The position numbers and the translations under genes are program-made. From the NCBI GenBank assembly GCA_964408775.1, contig CAYPAP010000002.1, positions 1,109 to 65,108 on the forward strand: DNA of 64,000 nucleotides, in the 5' to 3' direction. Source of the stretch: an uncultured Gammaproteobacteria bacterium (lineage in GTDB: Bacteria; Patescibacteriota; Patescibacteriia; Patescibacteriales; UBA12465). Of the stretch, positions 35,596-43,482 are shown in pieces; within the stretch, counting starts at the first letter, position 1; every line of letters starts with the position of its first letter. Under the pieces are notes generated by a model. The model was not told the origin of the DNA and did no database searches. It saw only the letters and a list, made by a program, of their open reading frames with translations.

Positions 35596-36555
35596 ATGGC
35601 TAATTTTAAAAAAGTACTTTTTGGAGTTTTACTTTTTTTGGTTTTAGTATTTGTTGCTGTTATTATTTTTGGATCTCAAATTATGAATAACGAAGAGGCG
35701 GGTGAGAACATTTCTGTTGATGAGAGTAATATTTCGACTGATAGAGGCGTTACAAATGTTTCTAATTTGAGGGGAATCGATGGGTTAGATCCTTTTATCG
35801 GATTACTGGGGTCTAAGGTTGAGGTTGTTGTTTATGAGGATTTATCTGATTTTTATTCAGTAAAGTTAAATGAGTCATTGATTTCGCTTAAAGAAGCTTT
35901 CCCGGAAAATGTTGTTATGGCCTTTAGACCTTATGCCGATAAGTCCTTTCCTTTATCCTATCCGGCCTATTCTTTGGCTAAGTGTGCTGGGGATCAGGGG
36001 AATTTTTTTGGCATGCGTAAATTAATATTAGAAAAAGTTAATAATGGGGAATTAAATGAAGATGATTTTTTAAATTATGCCACATCTCTTAATTTGGATA
36101 AGGATGAAATAAATAAATGTTTAGCTGATAGAAAGCATTTCTCCGAAATAGAGACATTGAGCAAGGAGGCCGAGAGTTTTGGCGTCTTTGGATCTCCGGT
36201 TGTTTTTATTAATAATGAATTAATAGTTGGAGCTCGTTCTTTCGATGATGTTATTAATGGGGGTGGAGAAAAGTTAACTGGATTAAGAAATATTGTAGCC
36301 CGACATTTAAACATGCCCATGGTTGATCCGTCTGAATCGTCTGATTCAGAAGATAATTTGATTGTCTGTGCTATGGATGTTTTTGAATGTGAAGACGGGT
36401 CCTTCGTTTCACGAGATCCGGCTAATAATTGTGAATTTTCCCCTTGTTCAGAAAAGGAACCAATGATTTGTACTATGGATGCCAAGCAATGTCCAGACGG
36501 ATCTTTTGTCGGTCGAGATGGGGATAATAATTGTGAGTTTTTCCCGTGCCCGTAG
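35596..36555 (+). CDS. Membrane-anchored DsbA-like thioredoxin-fold protein with a duplicated C-terminal 4-Cys module
   Basis: N-terminal TM helix and a DsbA-like body (VVVYEDLSDFYS...FGVFGSPVVFINNELIVGA), but no CxxC was seen at the expected site. The C-terminal repeats are C(A/T)MD..(E/Q)C.DGSFV.RD..NNCEF.PC, twice. Confidence 0.55.
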   Translation: MANFKKVLFGVLLFLVLVFVAVIIFGSQIMNNEEAGENISVDESNISTDRGVTNVSNLRGIDGLDPFIGLLGSKVEVVVYEDLSDFYSVKLNESLISLKEAFPENVVMAFRPYADKSFPLSYPAYSLAKCAGDQGNFFGMRKLILEKVNNGELNEDDFLNYATSLNLDKDEINKCLADRKHFSEIETLSKEAESFGVFGSPVVFINNELIVGARSFDDVINGGGEKLTGLRNIVARHLNMPMVDPSESSDSEDNLIVCAMDVFECEDGSFVSRDPANNCEFSPCSEKEPMICTMDAKQCPDGSFVGRDGDNNCEFFPCP

Positions 36556-36561
36556 GAGTTG

Positions 36562-36636
36562 GATTGTTGCCCGCTCGGATAGCTTTGCTATCGAGCGGGT
36601 CCGCTCAATTGCTCGTAGAGCAATCTGAGCGGAGAG
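36562..36636 (+). repeat. GC-rich double-hairpin repeat element, copy 1
   Basis: In the 67-nt core (36567-36633), 63 of 67 positions match 43349-43415. Hairpin 1 is CCCGCTCGGATAGC-TTT-GCTATCGAGCGGG. Hairpin 2 is TCCGCTCAATTGCTC-GTA-GAGCAATCTGAGCGGA. Confidence 0.8.
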
Positions 36637-36714
36637 GGTTCACCTCCGTATAACCGCACACCTTCGGTGAACGGCACGGGGTACATAGTGGTCTAGTTTA
36701 TATCATCTTTTTTT

Positions 36715-36801
36715 GGAGGGTTCGCATAGTGGTCTAGTGCGCTCGCTTGGAAAGCGAGTAAACCTTAATCGGTTTCAGGAGTTCGAATCTCCTACCCTCC
36801 G
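36715..36801 (+). tRNA. tRNA-Ser (anticodon GGA), no encoded CCA
   Basis: Acceptor GGAGGGT/ACCCTCC. Anticodon arm CTCGC-TTGGAAA-GCGAG. Long variable arm AAACC-TTAATC-GGTTT. T-arm AGGAG-TTCGAAT-CTCCT. Discriminator G. Confidence 0.9.
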
Positions 36802-36975
36802 CTAACAAAAATAACCCAAACTGCTTTGGGTTATTTTTGTTATTCGAGAAGGAGGTAAGAGATTCGAAAGCCGGAGGCGATGTGCGGAGTGAAACGACGC
36901 ACCGCCGAGGCCAGGCCAGAGCGCTTAGTGAGCGAAGACTGCGAAGCAGGCGAGCGAGACTTAGCGACGTGTGGC

Positions 36976-36994
36976 CGAATCTCCTACCCTCCGC
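36976..36994 (+). repeat. 19-bp perfect direct repeat of the tRNA-Ser 3' end (att-like)
   Basis: CGAATCTCCTACCCTCCGC at 36976-36994 is identical to 36784-36802. Confidence 0.85.
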
Positions 36995-37160
36995 CTTCGC
37001 CACGCCGTAGTTACCTGCAAGGTAGCATAGGCGGGCTCAAAATAAACCTGCCCCGCGGCAGGATTATTTTGTTATTTGAGTTCTTTTATTTTTAAATATA
37101 ATTTAAGATAATTTTATTTCGTACATGCTATAATTTATTTAAATTAATTTATTTAGACTC

Positions 37161-37189
37161 TTGACTTATTATATCTTATTAGATATAAT
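37161..37189 (+). promoter_or_regulatory. Sigma-70 promoter with an embedded operator-like inverted repeat for the Gp49/XRE pair
   Basis: TTGACT (37161-66), a 17-nt spacer, then TATAAT (37184-89). The inverted repeat TTATATCT-TATT-AGATATAA (37169-37188) spans the spacer and -10 box. Confidence 0.55.
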
Positions 37190-37206
37190 AATGGAAGATA
37201 ATTTTT

Positions 37207-37629
37207 ATGGATGTAGTTTATTATTATAATGAGGATTTAGGCGTTTGTCCGGTTAAAGAGTATTTTAAGAACTATTTATTGAGCAAAGAAGATTCAGATT
37301 TAGCGATTAAGAGAAAGCAAAAAATATTAGCTGATATTGATGCTAAAATAAACTACATTAAAGATAATGGAGCTAGACCAATTCCTCCAATTTCTAAACC
37401 CTTGCATGGTTATAGTTTTTTCGAAATTTTAAATCCAAAAGATTCACGAACTGTTATTAGAATTCTTTATTTTAGATATCAGGATAAGATGGTTCTTCTT
37501 CATGCTTTTGAAAAGCCTGCTATTTATAACACTATGAGAGATAAGAAAAAGGTTGATAGACAAAATAAGATTGCTGAAAAGTATTTAAATTTTTTTAAAT
37601 TAAATTCAAAAAATTATGAAAAATATTAA
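37207..37629 (+). CDS. Gp49-like / HigB-RelE superfamily toxin
   Basis: The pattern ...KILADIDAKINYIKDNG...LHGYSFFEIL....IRILYFRYQDKMVLLHAFEK is typical of phage Gp49 (DUF891) toxins. It overlaps the following HTH gene by 14 nt. Confidence 0.7.
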   Translation: MDVVYYYNEDLGVCPVKEYFKNYLLSKEDSDLAIKRKQKILADIDAKINYIKDNGARPIPPISKPLHGYSFFEILNPKDSRTVIRILYFRYQDKMVLLHAFEKPAIYNTMRDKKKVDRQNKIAEKYLNFFKLNSKNYEKY

Positions 37630-37948
37630 TAATAAAAAAAAGAATATTAATCCAATTAAGGAGGCCAAAAAAGGCCCTTATTTTAAGCAGTTTTCGAAAG
37701 AAGCTCAAGAAAGAATCGCTCTTGGCGTTGAAATTTATAATACTAGAATCGCTCTAGGAATTAGTCAGCAGGAGCTAGCCAGAATAACCAAAACAACTCA
37801 AAAAATGATTTCTAATATTGAAAGTGCTAATGTCGATATTCGTTTTAGTACCCTGAGCAAAATAAAAAAGGCTTTGGATTTTAAATTTGATAATTGGGCT
37901 AGGATTTATAGCTTTGCTGTAGAAAATAAAAAGGTTTTATCAAAGTAG
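37616..37948 (+). CDS. XRE-family HTH antitoxin/transcriptional regulator
   Basis: HTH_3 motif IALGISQQELARITKTTQKMISNIESANVDIRFSTLSKIKKAL. Confidence 0.75.
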   Translation: MKNINNKKKNINPIKEAKKGPYFKQFSKEAQERIALGVEIYNTRIALGISQQELARITKTTQKMISNIESANVDIRFSTLSKIKKALDFKFDNWARIYSFAVENKKVLSK

Positions 37949-38082
37949 CTAAATTACATTAAAATAATTAGTTTCAAGCGGGTATGGTCCGTTTTTTTAT
38001 TACCCTTGACTTACAAGCAATAAACCTTTAAGATAGTCTATTAATTTAGTTATTTAAAAACCGAACCAAAACACCAGACATC

Positions 38083-38793
38083 ATGAGAAAAACCAGACTA
38101 AGAAGAAAAAATTTCCATCAGAACATGGAAGTACTTTGGCCGGGCATCAGCGACATTGTGCTGACTGCTCAAATTATTTTTAAAGGAGTGTATCGTTGGA
38201 GCCGTCTCGGTAAAGGGGTCCGCCGGCAGGATGTCTTGCAGCATTCTTACTCGATAACCATCCTGTCCAGGATTATTGTCGAGAAACTCAATCGCTATTT
38301 GGATCTTGATAAGGATCTGATAGCAACCGCTTTTTTGGTCCATGATCACGGCGAAGGAGAGCTAAAAAGGGATATTTGCCGGGGTGACAAAAACAAGGAG
38401 GGAAACGATGATGATCTTCGAGAATATTTCGCCTTTGTAAAGCGCTATGAAAAACTGGAGCCAGAAGTCTTCCGTGTTTTTCACCGGGCGTTTCTCTTGC
38501 AATTTTGCTTGAAAGATCAAAATGGATTTCCTAAGGAAGCTGTTGAAATCATGGAAGAGCTGGCGGCCGTTAATTATTTTGAAGCCCTAACCTTTAGGGC
38601 GACAGAATTAATGGAATATATCCTTTATTCCATGGAACAGGATAAGAAGGGGAATCGTCCTGGACTATTGCTGGAGATTTACAACAATAATTACCCGGAG
38701 ATAGAGGAAATCATGTTCAAATTACCTGGTTTTGCCCAGGAAATTTGGACTATAGAGGTTTCATCTTTTTTCGAGGCTTATTTGAACTTGTAA
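38083..38793 (+). CDS. HD-domain phosphohydrolase, YfbR-like 5'-(deoxy)nucleotidase family, GC-shifted
   Basis: RWSRL...QDVLQHSYSITILSRII...AFLVHDHGEGELKRDI follows the H...HD...E/D metal-binding pattern of YfbR-type HD proteins. Confidence 0.6.
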   Translation: MRKTRLRRKNFHQNMEVLWPGISDIVLTAQIIFKGVYRWSRLGKGVRRQDVLQHSYSITILSRIIVEKLNRYLDLDKDLIATAFLVHDHGEGELKRDICRGDKNKEGNDDDLREYFAFVKRYEKLEPEVFRVFHRAFLLQFCLKDQNGFPKEAVEIMEELAAVNYFEALTFRATELMEYILYSMEQDKKGNRPGLLLEIYNNNYPEIEEIMFKLPGFAQEIWTIEVSSFFEAYLNL

Positions 38794-38826
38794 TTCGAAT
38801 TTCAAGGCTTAAGAAGCATTGAAATT

Positions 38827-38854
38827 AAGTGGGACAAAAGTGCCCACTTTTTTA
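38827..38854 (+). terminator. Rho-independent terminator
   Basis: Stem AAGTGGG / CCCACTT followed by a T run. Confidence 0.6.
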
Positions 38855-38870
38855 ATTGAAAAATTCAATT

Positions 38871-38892
38871 AAAAAACCCCTCTTTTGAGGGG
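38871..38892 (-). terminator. Rho-independent terminator of the minus-strand lyase gene
   Basis: On the minus strand, stem CCCCTC-AAAA-GAGGGG is followed by T6. Confidence 0.6.
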
Positions 38893-38902
38893 TAATTATT
38901 TT

Positions 38903-40357
38903 TTAGTCTTCACTCTTTATTGTGTCGACGAAATTTTCTGCCATTATGGCCACTTCCATAGCTTTTTGGTAGGCGTGTCCGGTGTAGCTTTGGGGGTCGC
39001 GTAAGAGATTAAGAATATCCCTTGGTATTTTTTTCATTACTTCTTTGAGCTTGGCGTCTGCCTTGTTTGCCTCGTTCTCCAGTGCGCTCATGAGAGAGAT
39101 GCCGTGTTTCTTAGCCTCTGGCAGTAACTTATGACTTACCAAGTGATGAGTATCACCTTCGTAACCGTAAAGCTGGAGAGCTATATAAATGGGTTCGGCC
39201 ATGACGAAATTAGCATTCATTTCAAAATTTTCTTTGAGACGAACTTCGTCAAATTTTATTCTCTTCAGGAAGCTCTTGCCGTCCTTTTCCCGCAGAAGGG
39301 TGTTTAATTGGTTTTGCAGGTTGATAGGAATGATTGGCAGATCTCTCAGTACCGAGCTATTGACCAAATCTCTTTGGTGCTCGCTAATGAGGATGTCCTG
39401 GAGTTTGCCAAACTCATTTTTGGTTCGCCACCACATTCCCTCGAGATTTTCGAAATTAATCGGGTTTCTTTTGTGATGCATAGTGGAACTTCCAACTTGC
39501 CCAGCTTCAAAGGATTCTGTTATTTCGCCAATTTCACTGCGCATCAGATGACGGCAATCCCGTCCAAATTGGCCTAGGGTGGCGGTTAATAGGTTGCAGG
39601 CAAACAGGTAATCGGCCAATCTTTCGGGGGCCAGAATTTGGGTGCTGATGCGAGCTGGTTTTAATCCGAGTTTAGCCAAAACTCTTTCTTCGAAGGTTTC
39701 CTTTCCTCCTGATGTTAGCTCAAGTCCAACCTGGGCATTATAGGCGCCCACTGCACCGGAAATTTTTCCTTCCAGTCTTTTGCTGGCGTTATCCAGGCGC
39801 TCCCAATTTTCAATCAAGCGATTGAGGATAGTAGCCAGCCAGAAACCAACCGTGATGGGGAGAGCGTGTTGTCCGTGAGTACGTCCGATTTGTATTTGAT
39901 CGGAATATTCAATAGTCAGCTGGGTGAGATCGCAGGTGACCCTCATTAATGCCGGCTTAAGAGCCAGATTGTAGGCATCCCGAAATTGTAGAATCCTGGC
40001 TGTGTCCAACACGTCGTAGCTTGTTAAGGGGATATGAATCAATTGCTTTATTCCACTAGGGTTTTCCCTTAGCAATTCCTGGATAATTTTTACCAGCGCC
40101 CTAACATCATGCTTGGTATCTTCGCGCTCCACTTTGTCTACCTGAGTTGTTGTTATGTTTTCCAGGCCTATTATTTCCGACCAGGTTATTATGTTGTTCA
40201 GAGATAATAGGCTAGGGTCAATATCTTCTATGAGTACCTCCAGGGTTTTCATTTCGACATCAACTGCTTTTTGGTAGAGGTTGTCATAACCAAAAAAATT
40301 TATCATTTCTTTGGGCTGATAACGTGGGTTGCCGGGTAAAATCAGGTTTTTGTCCAT
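38903..40357 (-). CDS. purB: Adenylosuccinate lyase-like protein (fumarate lyase superfamily), GC-shifted
   Basis: Superfamily signature GSSTMHHKRNPINFEN (GSSxMPxKxNP type). N-terminal RYQPKEM and HALPITVG blocks resemble PurB. Hand count of line 39601-39660 gives 32/60 G+C. Confidence 0.7.
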   Translation of the reverse strand: MDKNLILPGNPRYQPKEMINFFGYDNLYQKAVDVEMKTLEVLIEDIDPSLLSLNNIITWSEIIGLENITTTQVDKVEREDTKHDVRALVKIIQELLRENPSGIKQLIHIPLTSYDVLDTARILQFRDAYNLALKPALMRVTCDLTQLTIEYSDQIQIGRTHGQHALPITVGFWLATILNRLIENWERLDNASKRLEGKISGAVGAYNAQVGLELTSGGKETFEERVLAKLGLKPARISTQILAPERLADYLFACNLLTATLGQFGRDCRHLMRSEIGEITESFEAGQVGSSTMHHKRNPINFENLEGMWWRTKNEFGKLQDILISEHQRDLVNSSVLRDLPIIPINLQNQLNTLLREKDGKSFLKRIKFDEVRLKENFEMNANFVMAEPIYIALQLYGYEGDTHHLVSHKLLPEAKKHGISLMSALENEANKADAKLKEVMKKIPRDILNLLRDPQSYTGHAYQKAMEVAIMAENFVDTIKSED

Positions 40358-40549
40358 TGTAATAGGGTTTTTGGGTTAATTAGGTTAATGTTGAGTGATA
40401 AAAAAGTGAATTTGTATTCAAAGTTGAATATTCATAAATTTAAAGAACTTCCATTCACTTTAATACAAAATCACCATAAAAGTCAATAGTTACAAATATT
40501 TTATCATTTGTCTTTTGCCTTTAAATTTGTTATGATAAGTATATAAAAT

Positions 40550-41518
40550 ATGAATTTTAAATGGGAAATAATTGGCAATGAAAAGGCCTTGGAATATTTA
40601 GATAAAAGCCTAAGCAATGATAAAATTGCTAATTTTTATATTTTTTCAGGTATTTCGGGGGTGGGTAAGCTTTCCTTGGCTAGAAATTTTTCCAAAAATA
40701 TTTTTACCAAAGACAAGCCCGATCTCGTTCAAAAGGGGAATTTCTTGGAAACTAATAGCGATTTTTTTATTATAGAAAGGGAAGAGGGCAAAAAAAACAT
40801 CTCCGTTGATCAAATCCGGGGTTTAATAGAAAGATTTAAATCCAGTTCTTTTTTGAATTCGTATCGGATAGCTATTATCAAAGATGCTGAAAATTTAAAT
40901 AATAATTCTGCCAATGCTTTGCTCAAGGTATTGGAAGAAAGTAGTGATAAAACTGTCATAATTTTAACTGTTAATGATATCGAAAATTTGCCCAAAACCA
41001 TTGTTTCGCGTGGGCAGGTTATTAATCTTTTTCCGGTTAAGGATGATTTAATTTACAAGAATCTGACAGAAGAGTTTCAGGTTAGCCCTAGCTTGGCTAA
41101 AAATTTAACCAAATTATCAGCTGGTCGTCCGGCAGCGGCTCTAAAGTTTTTAGAAAATCAGGATTTGTATCAGGAATATCAATTGGTAGTAGCTAGCTTT
41201 TTAGAATTTATGTCGTCCAATTTCTCCGAAAGAGTCCAAATAATTGACGCTTTGATTAAAAAAGGTGGTTTTTTATCTAATTTTGATATTTTAGAAACCT
41301 GGCAGTCGGTTTTAAGGGATTTAATATTTGTAAACTATCAACAATATGATCAAGTTAAAAATGTTTTTGCCTTGGATGATTTTAAAAAGATTCCGGTTGA
41401 TAAAATTCAGCCATTAGATATAAGGAGAAAAGTCATGGTTATTAATGATGGTTTAGAAAGTCTAAGGTCTAATATTAATCTGCGTTCAGTTCTGGAATAT
41501 ATTGCGGTAAATATTTAA
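40550..41518 (+). CDS. holB: DNA polymerase III delta-prime subunit-like clamp-loader protein
   Basis: AAA+ clamp-loader pattern: FYIFSGISGVGKLSLA, ANALLKVLEE, TIVSRGQ (SRC-like motif). Confidence 0.7.
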   Translation: MNFKWEIIGNEKALEYLDKSLSNDKIANFYIFSGISGVGKLSLARNFSKNIFTKDKPDLVQKGNFLETNSDFFIIEREEGKKNISVDQIRGLIERFKSSSFLNSYRIAIIKDAENLNNNSANALLKVLEESSDKTVIILTVNDIENLPKTIVSRGQVINLFPVKDDLIYKNLTEEFQVSPSLAKNLTKLSAGRPAAALKFLENQDLYQEYQLVVASFLEFMSSNFSERVQIIDALIKKGGFLSNFDILETWQSVLRDLIFVNYQQYDQVKNVFALDDFKKIPVDKIQPLDIRRKVMVINDGLESLRSNINLRSVLEYIAVNI

Positions 41519-41589
41519 TTGTTATATAATTAACAAGTAAATCGCGTTTAGATAGTAAGTGGCTATCGCGCGATAATTAAAAAAATAGT

Positions 41590-42696
41590 ATGAAGAAAAT
41601 TAAAATTATTTCGTTACTTTTAGGAGTTTTGTTTCTAGGAGCTTGTTCTCTGAGTTTTAAAGGTAGTGGTGTCGGAGCCACCGATGGAGGGGTTTTTGTT
41701 ACTGGTAACAAAGGTGATTCTTGGCGGCAAATGCCTTATATCTCAAGTATTTCAGCCACACCTGAGAGTATTGCTACTTTAGATATCACTAAAATGGTTA
41801 TAGATCCTAGTGATAGTGGAGCAGTTTATCTTTTAACTGGAGGTAATGGAATTTATTATACATATAATGTTGGTCGAGGTTGGAATAAAATATTTTCTTT
41901 ACCTGGCAATATTTCAGCCACTGATTTGAAGGTTGATAATAAAAATAAATGTGTTCTTTATGTTTCTTATGATAATAAATTAGAAAAAAGTATTGACTGT
42001 GGTCGCACTTTTTCTCAAATCTATTTTGATAATAATCCCGGAGTATCAGTTTCAGCCATTGCCCTAGATCATTATGACACTAATATTGTTTATCTCGGGA
42101 CTTCTCGAGGAGATATTTTGCGAAGTTTAGACGGAGGAAATAGTTGGCGGGCTATTCAACGCTTGAGTGATGTTGTTAGAAAATTATTAGTAAATCCTTT
42201 GGATAGTCGTTCAATCTTTGTCGCTACTAATAAGAATGGCATTTTTAAATTTAACTCCGACGGCGGGGCTACCTTGGAAGAGCTGGAGCAATATCGCAAT
42301 CAGTTTGATAATACTAATTGGGTTAACTATAATGAATCTTTAAAAGAATTTAATTTAGGAATAAACTTTAAAGATTTGACCTTCTCTAAAGAAGATAATT
42401 CCTTGCTACTTGCGACCGATAAGGTGATTTTACGCTCTTTTGATGAGGGACAAAGTTGGACTAAATTGTCACTTTTAACACCAGAGCAGGATTCTTCTAT
42501 TAACACTGTTGTTGTAAATCCAAAAAATAGTCAGGAAATATTTTATGTTACCAACACGTCTTTTTATCGCACCTATGACGGAGGGGGTACTTGGACCGTT
42601 AAAAAGCTGCCGACCACTAGATCTGGCAATTCTTTGTTGATAGATTTTAATAATCCTAGTGTTATGTACATGGGTGTTAAGAAGTTAAAACAATAA
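41590..42696 (+). CDS. Lipoprotein with BNR/Asp-box beta-propeller repeats (Ycf48/sialidase-like fold)
   Basis: Lipobox LFLGAC, and repeated S-x-D-x-G-x-(S/T)-W boxes (GNKGDSWRQ, SLDGGNSWRA, SFDEGQSWTK, TYDGGGTWTV). Confidence 0.65.
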   Translation: MKKIKIISLLLGVLFLGACSLSFKGSGVGATDGGVFVTGNKGDSWRQMPYISSISATPESIATLDITKMVIDPSDSGAVYLLTGGNGIYYTYNVGRGWNKIFSLPGNISATDLKVDNKNKCVLYVSYDNKLEKSIDCGRTFSQIYFDNNPGVSVSAIALDHYDTNIVYLGTSRGDILRSLDGGNSWRAIQRLSDVVRKLLVNPLDSRSIFVATNKNGIFKFNSDGGATLEELEQYRNQFDNTNWVNYNESLKEFNLGINFKDLTFSKEDNSLLLATDKVILRSFDEGQSWTKLSLLTPEQDSSINTVVVNPKNSQEIFYVTNTSFYRTYDGGGTWTVKKLPTTRSGNSLLIDFNNPSVMYMGVKKLKQ

Positions 42697-42719
42697 TACT
42701 TAAAATTAATTTTAAAAAT

Positions 42720-43274
42720 ATGAACAGTTATATTGAAAACAAGAGAGACGATTTCGACAAGGCTTTAGACTTTTTTAAAAAAGACTTGGCCAGCGTTAAA
42801 GTCGGTCGAGCAAATCCATCTATGTTGGATGGAATTTTTGTTGAGGCTTATGGAGTAAAAAATCCAATTAATGCCGTAGCTAATATTTCAGTATCTGATG
42901 CTAGAAGTATTACTCTAACCCCTTGGGATAAGGGGGTCTCCAAGAGCATTGAAAAAGCCATTGTTGATTCTAATTTAGGTGTTGGTGTGGTTAATGAGGG
43001 TGATAAAATCAGGGTTAATATTCCGCAAATGACCGAAGAAAATCGTAAGGAATCAGTGAAAAAAGTTAATGAAAAACAGGAAAAAGCCAAGGTTTCAATT
43101 CGTCAAATTAGAGATGAGGTTAAAAGTTCTATTGAAGATGCTTTTTCTAGCAAGGAAATAGGTGAGGACGATAAATTTCGCTTCATTAAAGAGCTGGATG
43201 AGGAGGTTGGAAAAATTAATGATGCAATTAAGGAAATAAGGGACAAAAAAGAAAAAGAAGTGATGGAAATATAA
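42720..43274 (+). CDS. frr: Ribosome recycling factor
   Basis: 184 aa with VKVGRANPSMLDGIFVEAYG...NIPQMTEENRKE...IRQIRDE. Confidence 0.95.
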   Translation: MNSYIENKRDDFDKALDFFKKDLASVKVGRANPSMLDGIFVEAYGVKNPINAVANISVSDARSITLTPWDKGVSKSIEKAIVDSNLGVGVVNEGDKIRVNIPQMTEENRKESVKKVNEKQEKAKVSIRQIRDEVKSSIEDAFSSKEIGEDDKFRFIKELDEEVGKINDAIKEIRDKKEKEVMEI

Positions 43275-43343
43275 AAAAATAGGATTATTAGGATTCTTGG
43301 GATCATTCCCGTTCAGCCCGCTTCGCTCGTGAACGGGCAAGAA

Positions 43344-43418
43344 GATCTTTGCCCACTCGGATAGCTTCACTATCGAGCGGGTCCGCTCAATTGCTCGTAG
43401 AGCAATCTGATCGGAGGA
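43344..43418 (+). repeat. GC-rich double-hairpin repeat element, copy 2
   Basis: See 36562-36636. It is preceded by a further hairpin CCCGTTCA-N14-TGAACGGG (43308-43337) and followed by a T-rich tract. Confidence 0.8.
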
Positions 43419-43482
43419 TCTTTGAGATTTTTATTTTTGTTTGATTTAGTTTTTCTTTTAATTAATAAAAAAATAAATACTT

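Noticed and set aside
36803-36975. GC-rich segment after tRNA-Ser considered as tmRNA (it contains AAACGACG as in the E. coli tag region and ends in a tRNA-like 3' end) or as SRP RNA
   Set aside because: It is only about 175 nt. It lacks a 5' acceptor half that pairs with the 3' end (GGAGGTA versus the required GGAGGGT). Its T-arm lacks the 5' stem strand. The putative tag would end ...GQSA rather than with a typical hydrophobic C-terminus. No GGAA/AGCA SRP domain IV motif pair is present.
36734-37095. ORF-track entries 36734..37003 (-) and 36880..37095 (+)
   Set aside because: They overlap the tRNA-Ser gene, its duplicated 3' end and hairpin-rich noncoding DNA. The translations are Arg/Ala/Ser-rich, as expected from random GC-rich sequence.
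38083-40357. HD phosphohydrolase plus PurB-like lyase considered as a remnant of a phage 2-aminoadenine (Z-genome) module (DatZ-like plus PurB)
   Set aside because: No PurZ (adenylosuccinate synthetase homolog), MazZ or other phage genes are present. The HD protein matches the YfbR-type nucleotidase pattern rather than anything I can tie specifically to DatZ. The idea is pure speculation.
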